A stretch of 64,000 nucleotides of DNA from Myxococcota bacterium (GCA_036339465.1 JAYZAY010000001.1:1-64000); one strand, 5' to 3'; positions 29,937 through 40,725 are shown, counted from the first letter of the stretch. Notes: a model not told the origin generated them from the letters alone. Made by a program: numbers and translations.

Positions 29937-30740
29937 TTACTGCCCCAATAGCATCTTGAGGGCGCGTGTAGGGTCAGGGCTACGCGCTAAATGCGTTCCC
30001 ACCAAGAAAGCTTGATAGCCCTGTTCATAAAGCTTTTTGATGGCGGTGGAGTCAGAAATACCGGATTCAGCTACTAGAAACCTACCTTCTGGTAAGTCTG
30101 AGTAGATTTTGGCAGCACGATCGTGGTCGACTCTGAGACTACTCAGATCGCGGTGGTTCACCCCAATTAACACCTCTTCCGGTAATTTTAGTGCTTTTTG
30201 GACCTCTAAATCTTCGTGTACTTCTACCAAGACATCCATACCAAGTTCGATCGCACGTTCGGCGCACGCCCGTAATACGTCGATTTCCAAAGTTCGAGCC
30301 AGCAACAAAATTGCATCTGCCCCCAACCATCGAGATTCATCCACTTGGTACGCGTCTACAATAAAATCCTTTCGGAGCGCAGGCAGTCCTGCGGCCTGCT
30401 TACACCAAGCAATCATTTCTTTTTGGCCCCAAAAATATCGATTATCGGTTAAAACCGACAAGGCGCGAGCGCCGCCCGCACCGGAGGCTGAAGCAAGATC
30501 CTCACCAGACCAATCGGGCACCTCTAAATCGGGCCGCAATACCCCTGTAGAAGGTGATGCGCGCTTGACCTCGGCAATAATGGCGGGTCCCGTTTGGCAC
30601 TCAAGCGCTTTCTTAAAGCCCTCGGAAGCAGGCGCGGCCGCCGCTAACTCCTTCATTAATGACGGGGATATCCGTTCCTTCTGCCACGAAACCTCGCGTT
30701 TCTTAAAAGCCACGATACGTTCCAACACACCACCACTCAT
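29937..30740 (-). CDS. trpC: Indole-3-glycerol phosphate synthase
   Basis: IIAEVKRASPS, LSVLTD, LRKDFI, VEVH, GVNHRDL, VAESGI. The true start is ATG 30740, not the longer ORF. Confidence 0.96.
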   Translation of the reverse strand: MSGGVLERIVAFKKREVSWQKERISPSLMKELAAAAPASEGFKKALECQTGPAIIAEVKRASPSTGVLRPDLEVPDWSGEDLASASGAGGARALSVLTDNRYFWGQKEMIAWCKQAAGLPALRKDFIVDAYQVDESRWLGADAILLLARTLEIDVLRACAERAIELGMDVLVEVHEDLEVQKALKLPEEVLIGVNHRDLSSLRVDHDRAAKIYSDLPEGRFLVAESGISDSTAIKKLYEQGYQAFLVGTHLARSPDPTRALKMLLGQ

Positions 30741-30900
30741 GGTTCTCACCCCTTCAAGCTCACCAACCCGCCCACTCTCTTTAAACCAGTCAATCGAGAA
30801 TGCAAACAATCCCCTCTTCTGCCCTTTAACTATGAACAATCCTTTACACATTACGTCGGTAAGTTTATGTACTCCCACCGTTAAAATGGAGTAGCGCCTC

Positions 30901-32553
30901 ATGCTAGAGATTGTTTCCAAGGGCTTCAAGAGCGCCAAAGCAGCGTTGACCGGTAAGGCCGTCCTCAACGAGGACAATATCAACGATGCGGTTCGACAAA
31001 TTCGTATGTCCCTGCTTGAGGCCGACGTTGAAGTCGGAGTGGTCAAAAGCTTCTTAAAAAGGGTCAAAGAACGATCCATCGGCGAAGTTGTCAATCTCGA
31101 CACCGATAGTGGGAAAAAGAAACTTTCCGCGACCCCTGGCGACCATTTCATCATGATTTGCCAGCATGAGCTGGAAAAGCTTATGGGCGTCACCGAAGAA
31201 GACCCAATTGTCTACAAGCGGCCCTATACGGTCATCATGATGGTGGGACTCCAGGGAACAGGAAAAACCACAACCACCGGTAAATTGGCCCGCCATTTAC
31301 TCTCACAAAAGAAAAAGCCGATGCTCGTGGCCGCGGATATCTATCGTCCAGCCGCCGTGGAGCAGCTGAAGATTCTCGGCGAACAAATTGGCGTCCCTGT
31401 CTATGCAAAGGACGGTGTACCACCCGCCCAGCTATGTGCTGATGCCCTCAGGGAAGCGAAGAAGCGAAAACGCGACATTGTAATCTTTGATACCGCCGGT
31501 CGGTTGGCCATTGATGATGCGATGATGCTCGAACTCGAAGAGGTTAAAGCCAGAACCCAGCCCCACAACATCTTTCTTGTATGCGATGCGATGGCTGGCC
31601 AGGACACCGTGAGGACCGCCTCTGAATTTAATAGGAGATTAGACATCGACGGTTTCATCATGACCAAACTCGACGGTGATGCCCGCGGTGGCGCGGCACT
31701 TTCGATCCGCGAGGTCACGGGAAAACCAATTAAATTTCTCGGGGTTGGCGAGGGCATGGACAAGCTTGAGCCGTTTCGGGCCGAAGGACTTTCCTCTAGA
31801 ATATTAGGCATGGGAGACATCGTGGGTCTCATGCGTGATTTCGAGGAGGTTATCGACGAAAAGCAAGCCGAAAAGGACACGAAGAAGCTCCTAAAGGGAC
31901 AATTCACCCTGGATGACTTTCTGACTCAAATAAAAGCCATCGAGAAAATAGGATCTTTAAGCGATATTTATGAAAAGTTCCCAATTTTTGGCGATTCCGC
32001 ACCCGACGGGTTTAAGGTCGACAACAATGCCTTCAAGTTGATGGAATCCATGATTCACTCTATGACCCCAGCAGAGCGGCAAACCCCCAGTTTGATTGAT
32101 AAATCGAGAGCCAACAGAATTGCCCGGGGGTCGGGAAGAAAACCAGAACAAGTCCAAGACCTTATTGCTCGTTTTGGCATGATGCAGAACATGATGGGTG
32201 GCTTGGCGGCCCAACCCGGTTTGATGGGCCAGATCCCAGGACTCAAACAATTCGGTCAGCTACGAAAAATGAAGGGGCAAGGACTCGGGGGCTTGTCTGA
32301 TCTCTTCGGGGGAAAAGGAATGGGTGGAATGCCAGGTGGAATGCCAGGAATGCCTGGAATGCCTGGAATGCCGGCCGGTGCCGCCTTGCCGCCTGGCGTC
32401 ACGCCTGAGCAAATCGAAGCCATGCAACGTCAGTTCGGTGGGATGCCTGGAGGAGTGAGCAGAGGTCCTTCTCGAGCGACCCCTAAGGATAAAGCCAAAA
32501 CCAAAGTAAAACGTAAAAATGCCAGAAAGGCCCGTAAAAAGCAGAAGCGCTAG
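30901..32553 (+). CDS. ffh: Signal recognition particle protein
   Basis: LLEADV, GLQGTGKTTT, DTAGR, TKLDGDARGGAALS, RILGMGD, M domain with RIARGSG. Confidence 0.97.
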   Translation: MLEIVSKGFKSAKAALTGKAVLNEDNINDAVRQIRMSLLEADVEVGVVKSFLKRVKERSIGEVVNLDTDSGKKKLSATPGDHFIMICQHELEKLMGVTEEDPIVYKRPYTVIMMVGLQGTGKTTTTGKLARHLLSQKKKPMLVAADIYRPAAVEQLKILGEQIGVPVYAKDGVPPAQLCADALREAKKRKRDIVIFDTAGRLAIDDAMMLELEEVKARTQPHNIFLVCDAMAGQDTVRTASEFNRRLDIDGFIMTKLDGDARGGAALSIREVTGKPIKFLGVGEGMDKLEPFRAEGLSSRILGMGDIVGLMRDFEEVIDEKQAEKDTKKLLKGQFTLDDFLTQIKAIEKIGSLSDIYEKFPIFGDSAPDGFKVDNNAFKLMESMIHSMTPAERQTPSLIDKSRANRIARGSGRKPEQVQDLIARFGMMQNMMGGLAAQPGLMGQIPGLKQFGQLRKMKGQGLGGLSDLFGGKGMGGMPGGMPGMPGMPGMPAGAALPPGVTPEQIEAMQRQFGGMPGGVSRGPSRATPKDKAKTKVKRKNARKARKKQKR

Positions 32554-32592
32554 CTGAGTGTCCCGTTTCTAGAGATGAACTGGAAACCGAAA

Positions 32593-33126
32593 CTATTTTT
32601 TTCCGGCCCTTCGTTTGGCCCCTTTAGGTTTCTCGGTTTCCACAGCAACGGTATAAACAATCCCCGTTGAACTTGATTTCTTAGGGAGAGTTTCATCTTC
32701 GTTCTCGGGCACAACGGTCAGGACTCTACCCTTCGCTACGGTTTCGCCACGCTGGTTATCGGCCCAAACATCGATGTCGACCAAGTACTCATTATCCTCA
32801 ACCCGTGTTTCAACGATTATTCCCCGGCAGGTTAGAACATCGCCTGGCCAAAGGAGTTTCATGAGCCGTAGGCCGTAACGTCGAATCGAAGATCCAGTCA
32901 ATGAATTCTGAATCATCCGCCCAATATACGACATAACCAATGTGCTCGGCGCGAAGACCGTCGTTCGCCCAGCGGCTTTCGCAACTTTATCGTCTAAATG
33001 GACCGCGTTATAATCATCTGCTGCCCCGGCATAGCGAGCAAGAGTCACTCGGTTAAGGGCTGGTATAGAAATCCCTTCCAGTGGACTTCCCGACTCTGCA
33101 TTCTCGTATGTAAGTTTCTTTGGCAT
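32593..33126 (-). CDS. MaoC-family single hotdog dehydratase (HadB-like)
   Basis: RYAGAADDYNAVHLD..VA, WPGDVL, NQRGETV. Confidence 0.8.
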   Translation of the reverse strand: MPKKLTYENAESGSPLEGISIPALNRVTLARYAGAADDYNAVHLDDKVAKAAGRTTVFAPSTLVMSYIGRMIQNSLTGSSIRRYGLRLMKLLWPGDVLTCRGIIVETRVEDNEYLVDIDVWADNQRGETVAKGRVLTVVPENEDETLPKKSSSTGIVYTVAVETEKPKGAKRRAGKK

Positions 33127-33142
33127 TGAAAAGCCCTCAGTT

Positions 33143-33598
33143 CTATTTTTTCAATTCCACCAATACACGTCGCGCCTTAAAGACAGGCCGTTCCTTGGCG
33201 TCATTCGCCCGAGTTTCGATCACCAGAAATATCAATTGGCCATTTGGTACCCCCTTATCAAAGGCGTTCACCATCTTGTGAACCACCGAGATTTTGTCAC
33301 CTACCATGATCGGCCGGAAGTATTCGTACTCCTCTTCCTGGTGCATCATCGTATGGGGATTGATTCCCACGTCAGCGTAGAAGTTGTCGTAATCATGAAG
33401 AACCGCTGGAAACGTTAAGGGCGCGATAATCTTCGAGTATCCGCCTGCCTTGGCCGCTTCTTCCTCGAAGTGGATTGGGTTCACCTCGCCAATTGCCTTG
33501 GCAAACCGGCGAATTTGGCCCTTTTCAATTTCAAAAGTCAAGACGCCGCTCGATTTGCCCATCATCTTACTTAAAACCGTCGATGTTGCCACTACCAA
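33143..33598 (-). CDS. MaoC dehydratase N-terminal/FAS1-like hotdog protein (HadA-like)
   Basis: IEKGQIRRFAKAIGEVNPIH, APLTF, H.EEEYEYFRPI.VGD. Confidence 0.82.
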   Translation of the reverse strand: MVVATSTVLSKMMGKSSGVLTFEIEKGQIRRFAKAIGEVNPIHFEEEAAKAGGYSKIIAPLTFPAVLHDYDNFYADVGINPHTMMHQEEEYEYFRPIMVGDKISVVHKMVNAFDKGVPNGQLIFLVIETRANDAKERPVFKARRVLVELKK

Positions 33599-34116
33599 AT
33601 CAACTCCGCGTTATGGTTGGTCTTTTGATAACCGTTTAAGGAGACAAACTCAAGTTCTGGCTTCTGAACCATATTCTCAACAAGTCTCGTGAATGGATTT
33701 CGCCTCTGTACTCCTTCATCCTTGAATTGTCGAGCTAATCCGGGTCTTTCCCGAAAAATAGCCGAAATCCCTGCCTTCTAACTAACGCCCATGGGTTGGA
33801 GACAGAGCGACGGGTTGGTTCAGACTCCACCCAGCTATTTTTCTCATTTTTCGCCCCGGGCCTCGCAGTCCTTGTGCTTTTTCCGCTGATTGGCCGAGCA
33901 CTTTTCTTCGTGGAGACATGTTTTGTGCGGTGTTTCCTGTCCTACACTCTGCTGCGTCCTCTCCGAAGACCCGCTCCTAGGGGCAAATCAAGCAGGTCGA
34001 CGCCCCGCTGATTACGTGAGCGCTTGAGCCTCACTTGGGTATGAGGTTTTCAGCAACCGGGGAGGTCGTAGGCCGTGGTTTGGGTGAGTTCGTCCGCTTT
34101 ACCTCGTACCGATCAC

Positions 34117-34530
34117 ATGCTCATTATCACCGCGTTTTATCCTCCGCACCAATCTTTTGGAGAGGTTCTCCACGCGAGAGTTATCAATGCCTGCCCGTTG
34201 GTTGCTGGCGCGCCACTGTCCCTTCCCGGTTTCTTCGTATCTTTAAGACATGAAAGACATTCCTCGCCAGTAATGAGGCTTTTCACCCACAATAGCGCTA
34301 AAGAGGCGCTAAGAATAATCCAAGAGCTGGGGCTGGCCGCCACCAGAGAATCAACGCCGCCCTGGGGCAGCGATGTCGATTCTCTACGACCCGGTATTTG
34401 GGAAAAAATCTTACGCGAAATTTCCAATTCCCCAGCCTGGATCTCTTGTACTTGGATCAAAACGCCAAAAGCAAGCCAACGTCTAGAACTCGCTCGCCCT
34501 GACGACTTGACGGCAACAGCAACTATCTAG
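34117..34530 (+). CDS. Hypothetical protein
   Basis: ORF ends 18 bp before the CNNM gene on the same strand. No recognised motif; start uncertain. Confidence 0.35.
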   Translation: MLIITAFYPPHQSFGEVLHARVINACPLVAGAPLSLPGFFVSLRHERHSSPVMRLFTHNSAKEALRIIQELGLAATRESTPPWGSDVDSLRPGIWEKILREISNSPAWISCTWIKTPKASQRLELARPDDLTATATI

Positions 34531-34548
34531 AATAGTATTAAGAACAAT

Positions 34549-35835
34549 ATGGAATTGCTCGCACTCATCAGTTCTCTGGTCCTCGTTTTCCTAAACGGCT
34601 TCTTCGTGGCCACTGAATTCGCAATTGTCAAGGTCCGATCGACCCGAGTCGAGGAACTTATCACGCAAAACAAGAAGGGCGCTAAGGGTATCCGCCACAT
34701 GGTCAGTAATCTCGACAGCTACCTATCTGCCACTCAATTAGGTATTACCTTTGCCAGTTTAGGACTCGGTTCCATTGGAGAGCCAGCCTTTGCCAACCTT
34801 ATCGAGCCTCAACTTACGAAACTGGGGTATGACAACCCTGTCTTACTCCATACGATCGCAGTTAGCTTTGCTTTTGCGATTATTTCTTTCATGCACATCG
34901 TTATCGGTGAACTTGCACCCAAGTCGCTGGCGATCGTCAAACCCGAATATGTGGCGGCCTTCGCCGCCTATCCGATGCGCATTTTTCATACCCTTTTCTA
35001 TCCGTTTATTTATATTTTTAACGGGTTGGCTGGAATGCTCCTACGCTTGGTTGGGATCGATCCCCAAGACTATCAAAACAGCATCCATTCCGACGACGAG
35101 CTGCGCATCATTTTATCCCAAGCCCGTAGCGGCGGCCTACTAAGTGAAACTCGTGCAAAACTACTTGAGAGAGCATTGGGAATTCGCAACAAAACCGCCC
35201 GTCACGTGTTGGTGCCAAGAAACGAGGTGGTCTTTCTTGACACGAACTTGAGTCACGAAGAAAATCTAGAGCGAATCCGGGAATCGCCCTACTCTTATTT
35301 CCCCCTTTGCGACCGCGAACTCGATCATTCCAAGGGTGTCATTCACATCCGTGATTTCCTGGAGGCAACGTGGTCAACAGGAGCGAGCCTCCTCGAATTT
35401 GCACGACCGGTCACCTATTTACCTGAAACGATGACTGCGGATCGGCTTTTGACCGAATTCAATAATCGAAATATCTCCCTGGCCATTATTGTCGATGAAT
35501 ATGGTGGAGCCTCAGGAATTGTTACTGCCTCCGAATTAGTCGGTGAAATCATGGGAGACCTTCACCATGTCTGCGACTCAGACGTGGTAGAACTGGCCTC
35601 CGGGGCCTATGAAGTTGATGGTTCGGCCGAACTCGAAGAACTCGAAGAAACTTTGGGTGTCAGCTTCGACAAAACGAACATAACCACCATAGCCGGTTTC
35701 CTTATGCGGGAAATAGGACGGATGCCCAATACGGGTGATAGAATTCGCTGCCAGGGCCTACTCCTCCATGTAACGGCGGCCGATGGCCCCAAAGTACGGC
35801 GGGTACGGATCCAGAAATTAAAGAAGAGACCCTGA
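34549..35835 (+). CDS. HlyC/CorC (CNNM-CBS-CorC) family transporter
   Basis: NGFFVATEFAIV, ATQLGIT, GELAPK, CBS pair, VDEYGG, C-terminal CorC domain. Confidence 0.93.
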   Translation: MELLALISSLVLVFLNGFFVATEFAIVKVRSTRVEELITQNKKGAKGIRHMVSNLDSYLSATQLGITFASLGLGSIGEPAFANLIEPQLTKLGYDNPVLLHTIAVSFAFAIISFMHIVIGELAPKSLAIVKPEYVAAFAAYPMRIFHTLFYPFIYIFNGLAGMLLRLVGIDPQDYQNSIHSDDELRIILSQARSGGLLSETRAKLLERALGIRNKTARHVLVPRNEVVFLDTNLSHEENLERIRESPYSYFPLCDRELDHSKGVIHIRDFLEATWSTGASLLEFARPVTYLPETMTADRLLTEFNNRNISLAIIVDEYGGASGIVTASELVGEIMGDLHHVCDSDVVELASGAYEVDGSAELEELEETLGVSFDKTNITTIAGFLMREIGRMPNTGDRIRCQGLLLHVTAADGPKVRRVRIQKLKKRP

Positions 35836-35848
35836 CAATCAGGGATTT

Positions 35849-38326
35849 TTAGTTTGAAGGCGGTTGCTCTGCTATTTCGGGGGTCTTTTTACGCGACCGG
35901 TTCTTCTTTTTCAAAGGGACCACCGGCTTTGTGAGAGCCGAGCCCAGTACGTCTTCAATTCGTTTTGCGAATATAAACTCGACTCCTTCGAGGTTTTCTT
36001 CGGGAATCTCAATCAAATCCTTCTCGCACCGCTCAGGAATTATGATGCGTGTGACCCCGGCGCGCTTGGCGGCTAGAACCTTTTCCTTGATTCCCCCTAC
36101 AGCCAGCACATTGCCCCTCAGGGTAATTTCTCCGGTCATGGCAACATCGGCCCTAACTTTGATGTCGGTCAGTAAAGACACCAACGCGGTTAGCATCGTC
36201 ACCCCGGCTGAAGGCCCATCTTTAGGAATACCTCCTGCAGGCACATGGATATGGAGATCCGTGTCTTTAAAGATCCCTTCATCAATCCCCCACAAAGCTG
36301 AATTAGAACGGACCAGTGACATCGCCGCTTGAGCCGACTCTTTCATCACATCACCAAGCTTGCCCGTGAGAATTAGCCCACCCTTACCCTGCATTTTAGT
36401 CGCTTCGATAAAAAGGATATCCCCGCCGACTGCGGTCCAAGCCAGGCCCGTTGCTACCCCGGTAACGTCTGTCCGTTGGGCCATTTCATTGAGGAATTTC
36501 TTTGGCCCTAATATTCTATGGACGTCGGAAGGCTTCACTTCTCGCTCATTTCGCTTCCCATCCACGTAGTCCACAGCCAAATTCCTGCATACGCTCGCAA
36601 TTTCTCTCTTGAGATTTCGAACGCCTGCCTCCCGTGTATAGGAGGTAATCATTTCCTTGAGCGCTTCAGGTGTAAACTCCACATCCTTGCTTTTTAAGCC
36701 ATGTTCAGAAACTGCTTTGGGAATAAGGTGGCGGTCACCAATCTCGATTTTCTCTTCGACGGTATACCCGGAGACCTCGAGTACCTCCAAACGGTCTCTA
36801 AGTGCCGGTGGGATTGGCTCCAACTGATTTGCTGTTGCGATAAAAAAACATTTTGAGAGATCGAACGACACATCGATATAGTGGTCGGAGAAAGTGTGGT
36901 TCTGCTCGGGGTCCAGCACCTCCAAGAGTGCAGAAGCAGGATCCCCGCGGAAATCACTGGCTAGCTTATCAACCTCGTCCAAAACAAAAACAGGATTATT
37001 GGTACCAGCTTTTTTAATCCCCTGTAACACCCGGCCGGGCATAGAGCCGACATAAGTTCGACGGTGACCTCGAATTTCCGCTTCATCGCGCACACCACCC
37101 ATGGCCACCCGAACGAATTTTCTACCCATGGCCGTGGCAATACTTTGACCAAGTGACGTTTTGCCGGTACCCGGCGGTCCAACCAAGCAAAGGATGGGCC
37201 CTTTCATATCACTTTTGAGCTTTCTAACTGCCAGGAACTCTACAATTCTCTGTTTGATTTTTTCCAGGCCAAAATGTTCGGCGCCAAGAATCCCACGGAC
37301 TTCCTCTAGGTTGATCTTGTCATCGGAAGACTTGCTCCACGGTAAATCACATAGCCATTCGACGTAGGTACGTGAAACAGTGTATTCCGCCTGAGAAGGA
37401 CTCATATTTCGCAGTCTTCGCAATTCCTTCCTCGCTGCTTTCTCGGCTTCGTCGGGAAGTTTTGCTTCCACAACCCTCTTTTCCAAATCCGCAAGATCTT
37501 CGTCGCCGTCCTCCCCTTCGCCGAGTTCTTCCTTAATGGCCTTGAGCTGCTGCCGAAGGTAGTATTCACGTTGAGTCTTCGACATCTCCCCCTTTACATG
37601 GGTACTTATTTTATTCGACAACTTCAGAACCTCGAGCTGCCGTGACAAGAATTCCAAAACCCTTCTCATTCTGGAAACCAGTTCCGCCGTCTCCAAAACA
37701 CTCTGCTTTTCATCAACGGTTGCATCGACATTCGAGGCAATCAAATCCGCTAATACACTCGCATCTTCCACCCGCTCTAGAAGTTCGGCCGCTGATGGCG
37801 GAAGTTCTGGAATGAGTCGAAGAACTTCACGCGCGGTTTTCTTGAGGCTCATGGTGAGTGCCTCAACTTCAACCTGGCTCGAAGCCAGGTCGTCCACCGC
37901 AGAAATTCTCGCCTTTAGATAGGGGATGCTTTGCGTATATTCATTGAGTCTTACGCGAGACAACCCCTGTACAACGACGGAAAAGTTATCTTTAGACGCT
38001 TTCACCAGTTTCACTAATCGGGCCGCACAGCCAATAGTGTAAAGATCGGTGGAGAGAGGATCATCAACGTCAGGATCCCGTTGCGCCACAACGGTTACGA
38101 GGCCATTTTCTTTAATTCCTTCCTCTACCAAACGAACGGTTTTAGGCCGACCGATTCCCAATGGAACAATGGAACCAGGAAAAAGAACGGTATTCCGCAA
38201 AGTTAGAACAGGGAGTTCGTCTGGGATCAACACCAATTCATCATCGGAACCCGTCTTGGTTAATGCGTGCTCGATGCTACCAATATTACTGAATAATTCG
38301 TCTTCAGGCTTCTTAGGATCTGACAT
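35849..38326 (-). CDS. lon: ATP-dependent protease Lon
   Basis: LON N-domain, GPPGTGKTS, RGHRRTY, LDEVDK, PKDGPSAG, GGIKEK. Confidence 0.98.
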   Translation of the reverse strand: MSDPKKPEDELFSNIGSIEHALTKTGSDDELVLIPDELPVLTLRNTVLFPGSIVPLGIGRPKTVRLVEEGIKENGLVTVVAQRDPDVDDPLSTDLYTIGCAARLVKLVKASKDNFSVVVQGLSRVRLNEYTQSIPYLKARISAVDDLASSQVEVEALTMSLKKTAREVLRLIPELPPSAAELLERVEDASVLADLIASNVDATVDEKQSVLETAELVSRMRRVLEFLSRQLEVLKLSNKISTHVKGEMSKTQREYYLRQQLKAIKEELGEGEDGDEDLADLEKRVVEAKLPDEAEKAARKELRRLRNMSPSQAEYTVSRTYVEWLCDLPWSKSSDDKINLEEVRGILGAEHFGLEKIKQRIVEFLAVRKLKSDMKGPILCLVGPPGTGKTSLGQSIATAMGRKFVRVAMGGVRDEAEIRGHRRTYVGSMPGRVLQGIKKAGTNNPVFVLDEVDKLASDFRGDPASALLEVLDPEQNHTFSDHYIDVSFDLSKCFFIATANQLEPIPPALRDRLEVLEVSGYTVEEKIEIGDRHLIPKAVSEHGLKSKDVEFTPEALKEMITSYTREAGVRNLKREIASVCRNLAVDYVDGKRNEREVKPSDVHRILGPKKFLNEMAQRTDVTGVATGLAWTAVGGDILFIEATKMQGKGGLILTGKLGDVMKESAQAAMSLVRSNSALWGIDEGIFKDTDLHIHVPAGGIPKDGPSAGVTMLTALVSLLTDIKVRADVAMTGEITLRGNVLAVGGIKEKVLAAKRAGVTRIIIPERCEKDLIEIPEENLEGVEFIFAKRIEDVLGSALTKPVVPLKKKNRSRKKTPEIAEQPPSN

Positions 38327-38574
38327 TAATTACTTCCAACATGTTTGAACATTAAACAGGGGACCTCATCAAGCGGCCCCCGCCTTACCGTACCCAAAAT
38401 AAGTCTAACTATACTTTATCTCGCGAAATTGAAGAAAAGCCAATTCCAACGAGAAAGTATTAATTAAAACGCAATATTTACAGGTACTTATGCATTCATA
38501 AACAAGGAGGTGGGAACTAAAGAGAGATTTCGGCAGGCCCCCGTGCGAAGGCGACCTAGCGCCGAGAACTGAAA

Positions 38575-40725
38575 TTACTCAACAGGGACGCAGGCACGTA
38601 CCTGCAATGCTACTTGGTCTTCGTTAAGTTCAAGGCTCTGAAGATCTGGACCACTCACCAAAGCTTCGTCCGAACATACGGTTGAACGAGCACAATCATC
38701 GTCGGTTCCACAAGAAGCAAGGCATCGGCCAGAGTCCATACAAATACCGGACTGACAAGCGTTGTCTCTAGAACAGAAGTCTGCCCCTGGTGCGTCGCCT
38801 ACAGAGCCCTTACAAACGAAGGTAACATCACAATTATCCAAAAAATGCTTTCTAGGCTGACATGACTCATGGGCCGCACAAGCGGCGTCGTTCGGACAAA
38901 CCGTAAGTTGTGAAAGAGCATAAACCCCCGATTCAAATTCCGGTCGAACGGCTCCGCCAAACGTCCACTGCCCAGTAGCCTCACCGACAAGCTCGTCGGT
39001 TTTCATGTCCATGTCCTTGTCCTCCAGCTTACCGGTGAATTCCATCGTCCAAAAGCCTTCACTGTTGTTCTCGCCATTCATTTCGAGTTCAGTACCATCG
39101 AACATGATTGCATTGAGACGGTCTTCGAACTGCTGCTCAGCTTGTTCTAGAGCTAGGCGGCAAAGTTCCGAACCTACTTGCTGTTGGATAGCATTATTCG
39201 TGCTTCGAGCGATGAAAGAACCAAAACGCTCACACCCACAATCAGCCGTGGTCGCGCCACAGGCGTAAGGTGCTGTGGCCGTGTCTTCACAACCCATGAT
39301 GCTTTCAAGGGCACAACTGAAACTATCCTGGCCGGTAAGCGACTTTAAAATCACTTTATTGATGATGACCAAGAGCAGGTTCCCTACTTTTAGAGAAAGG
39401 TCGTGACGATCAACGGTGATGTCCATGGTCAGACGTCGGGCGGACGTATCATCCGTTAATGGGGTACGAACCACGGAACCGGTGAAGTCACTTGCGACAG
39501 GTTCAAAGCCCAGTTCGTCACCGGAATAAACAGTTCGACCACAACAGCTATTAAAGGGGTCACACTCAAGCTTATGTCTCCATCGAAAGAGGAAGCTGTC
39601 CCAACCCCAATTGCCAGTGAAGGAACCGGTTTCGGCGTCAACCGCACCAATCGTCATATCTCCACCCACTTGGATATCCGTCAGAAGATCTGTAATGTCG
39701 TCACCCACTCTAAAGGTTTCCTGCAACCATTCTGGGGAGTTTGTGGCAATAATATCGTCGACGACCCTGTCAATCGGAATCGCCCCTAAAATGCTATCAA
39801 TTGTGGAACCAGTACCTGCACCAGCTACCCCCGCGGCAGTGAGACCCTGAACAAGCGCATCCACCAATGCCCCCGTAGGACTCTCAAAAAAGTCGCTAAT
39901 AAGACCGATGATTTGGTCACCCGGTTCGGGAATGGCGGTATGAAGATGCAACTCAGTGGAAAAATCATACTCTCCCGAAACTGATAAGGGGAGTAGATTT
40001 AGGTCCACCTCCACAGTCAGCTGCCGCCGGCCCGGAATCACAATATCGTTTTTACAGCCTGTGGCGACCATCTCTCCTGTGGGGCCTGTTGCCGTGATGG
40101 TTGCAGTCAACTTTCTACCTTCTTCTAATCCAGAGAAAACTGCGGCCGACCTTACGTTTGCGATAGTTTCCAGGTCGATTACCCGGGGAAGCTGGCTAAA
40201 ATCCAAAATAGCACAATCCAAGACGGTATTATGCAATCGAACAGTAATGTTTGAGAGTGGCACCGCATCGAGATACTTTGGCTTGACCTTGAGGTCACTT
40301 TCGTATTTATCAACAACCGCAATGTTCACTATTCTCTTCACTTCCGAGCCATCCTCATTGAGGGTGGAAACGACCAACTGGACGCTCCGCCGCTCGGTTC
40401 CCGCGGTTAGAACAACCTGAGCGCGCCCATCTTGGCCGGTGGTCGCAGAAAAGGCGGAAAGACTGGAACCCCCATTTGGCCTGGTAATCGAAAATTTTAC
40501 GGGGCGATCTGGCACCGCGATATTGTCGGCTTCATAGAGTACTTTCGCCTTAATCGGACTCGATTCCTGAAACTTCAATTGAAGTGACTCTGGGCTCTCT
40601 AAAATCAAGATAACTGGCGCGTCAGGAAGAAGGCCTTCCGCCTTGCTGTCACTCAGAACGTCTTTTTCCGAACACGCTGCAGAAAAGAGCGCCAGGAGAA
40701 CCATACATACACTTAATTTTTTCAT
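38575..40725 (-). CDS. Cys-rich lipoprotein with Ig-like (invasin Big_1-like) domain
   Basis: Lipobox FSAAC, TTGQDGRAQVVL Ig-type motif, many paired Cys, C-terminal Cys-rich repeats (CxxDxxC). Confidence 0.75.
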   Translation of the reverse strand: MKKLSVCMVLLALFSAACSEKDVLSDSKAEGLLPDAPVILILESPESLQLKFQESSPIKAKVLYEADNIAVPDRPVKFSITRPNGGSSLSAFSATTGQDGRAQVVLTAGTERRSVQLVVSTLNEDGSEVKRIVNIAVVDKYESDLKVKPKYLDAVPLSNITVRLHNTVLDCAILDFSQLPRVIDLETIANVRSAAVFSGLEEGRKLTATITATGPTGEMVATGCKNDIVIPGRRQLTVEVDLNLLPLSVSGEYDFSTELHLHTAIPEPGDQIIGLISDFFESPTGALVDALVQGLTAAGVAGAGTGSTIDSILGAIPIDRVVDDIIATNSPEWLQETFRVGDDITDLLTDIQVGGDMTIGAVDAETGSFTGNWGWDSFLFRWRHKLECDPFNSCCGRTVYSGDELGFEPVASDFTGSVVRTPLTDDTSARRLTMDITVDRHDLSLKVGNLLLVIINKVILKSLTGQDSFSCALESIMGCEDTATAPYACGATTADCGCERFGSFIARSTNNAIQQQVGSELCRLALEQAEQQFEDRLNAIMFDGTELEMNGENNSEGFWTMEFTGKLEDKDMDMKTDELVGEATGQWTFGGAVRPEFESGVYALSQLTVCPNDAACAAHESCQPRKHFLDNCDVTFVCKGSVGDAPGADFCSRDNACQSGICMDSGRCLASCGTDDDCARSTVCSDEALVSGPDLQSLELNEDQVALQVRACVPVE

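Noticed and set aside
30109..30894. 261-aa plus-strand ORF and the many similar nested ORFs in the track
   Set aside because: Antisense or alternate-frame shadows of well-supported genes.
30741..31193. Apparent 151-aa N-terminal extension of TrpC
   Set aside because: Antisense to ffh; TrpC homology begins at ATG 30740.
32554..34100. SRP RNA (ffs) or other known RNA near ffh
   Set aside because: No SRP domain IV, RNase P, tmRNA or tRNA motif seen; only weak hairpins.
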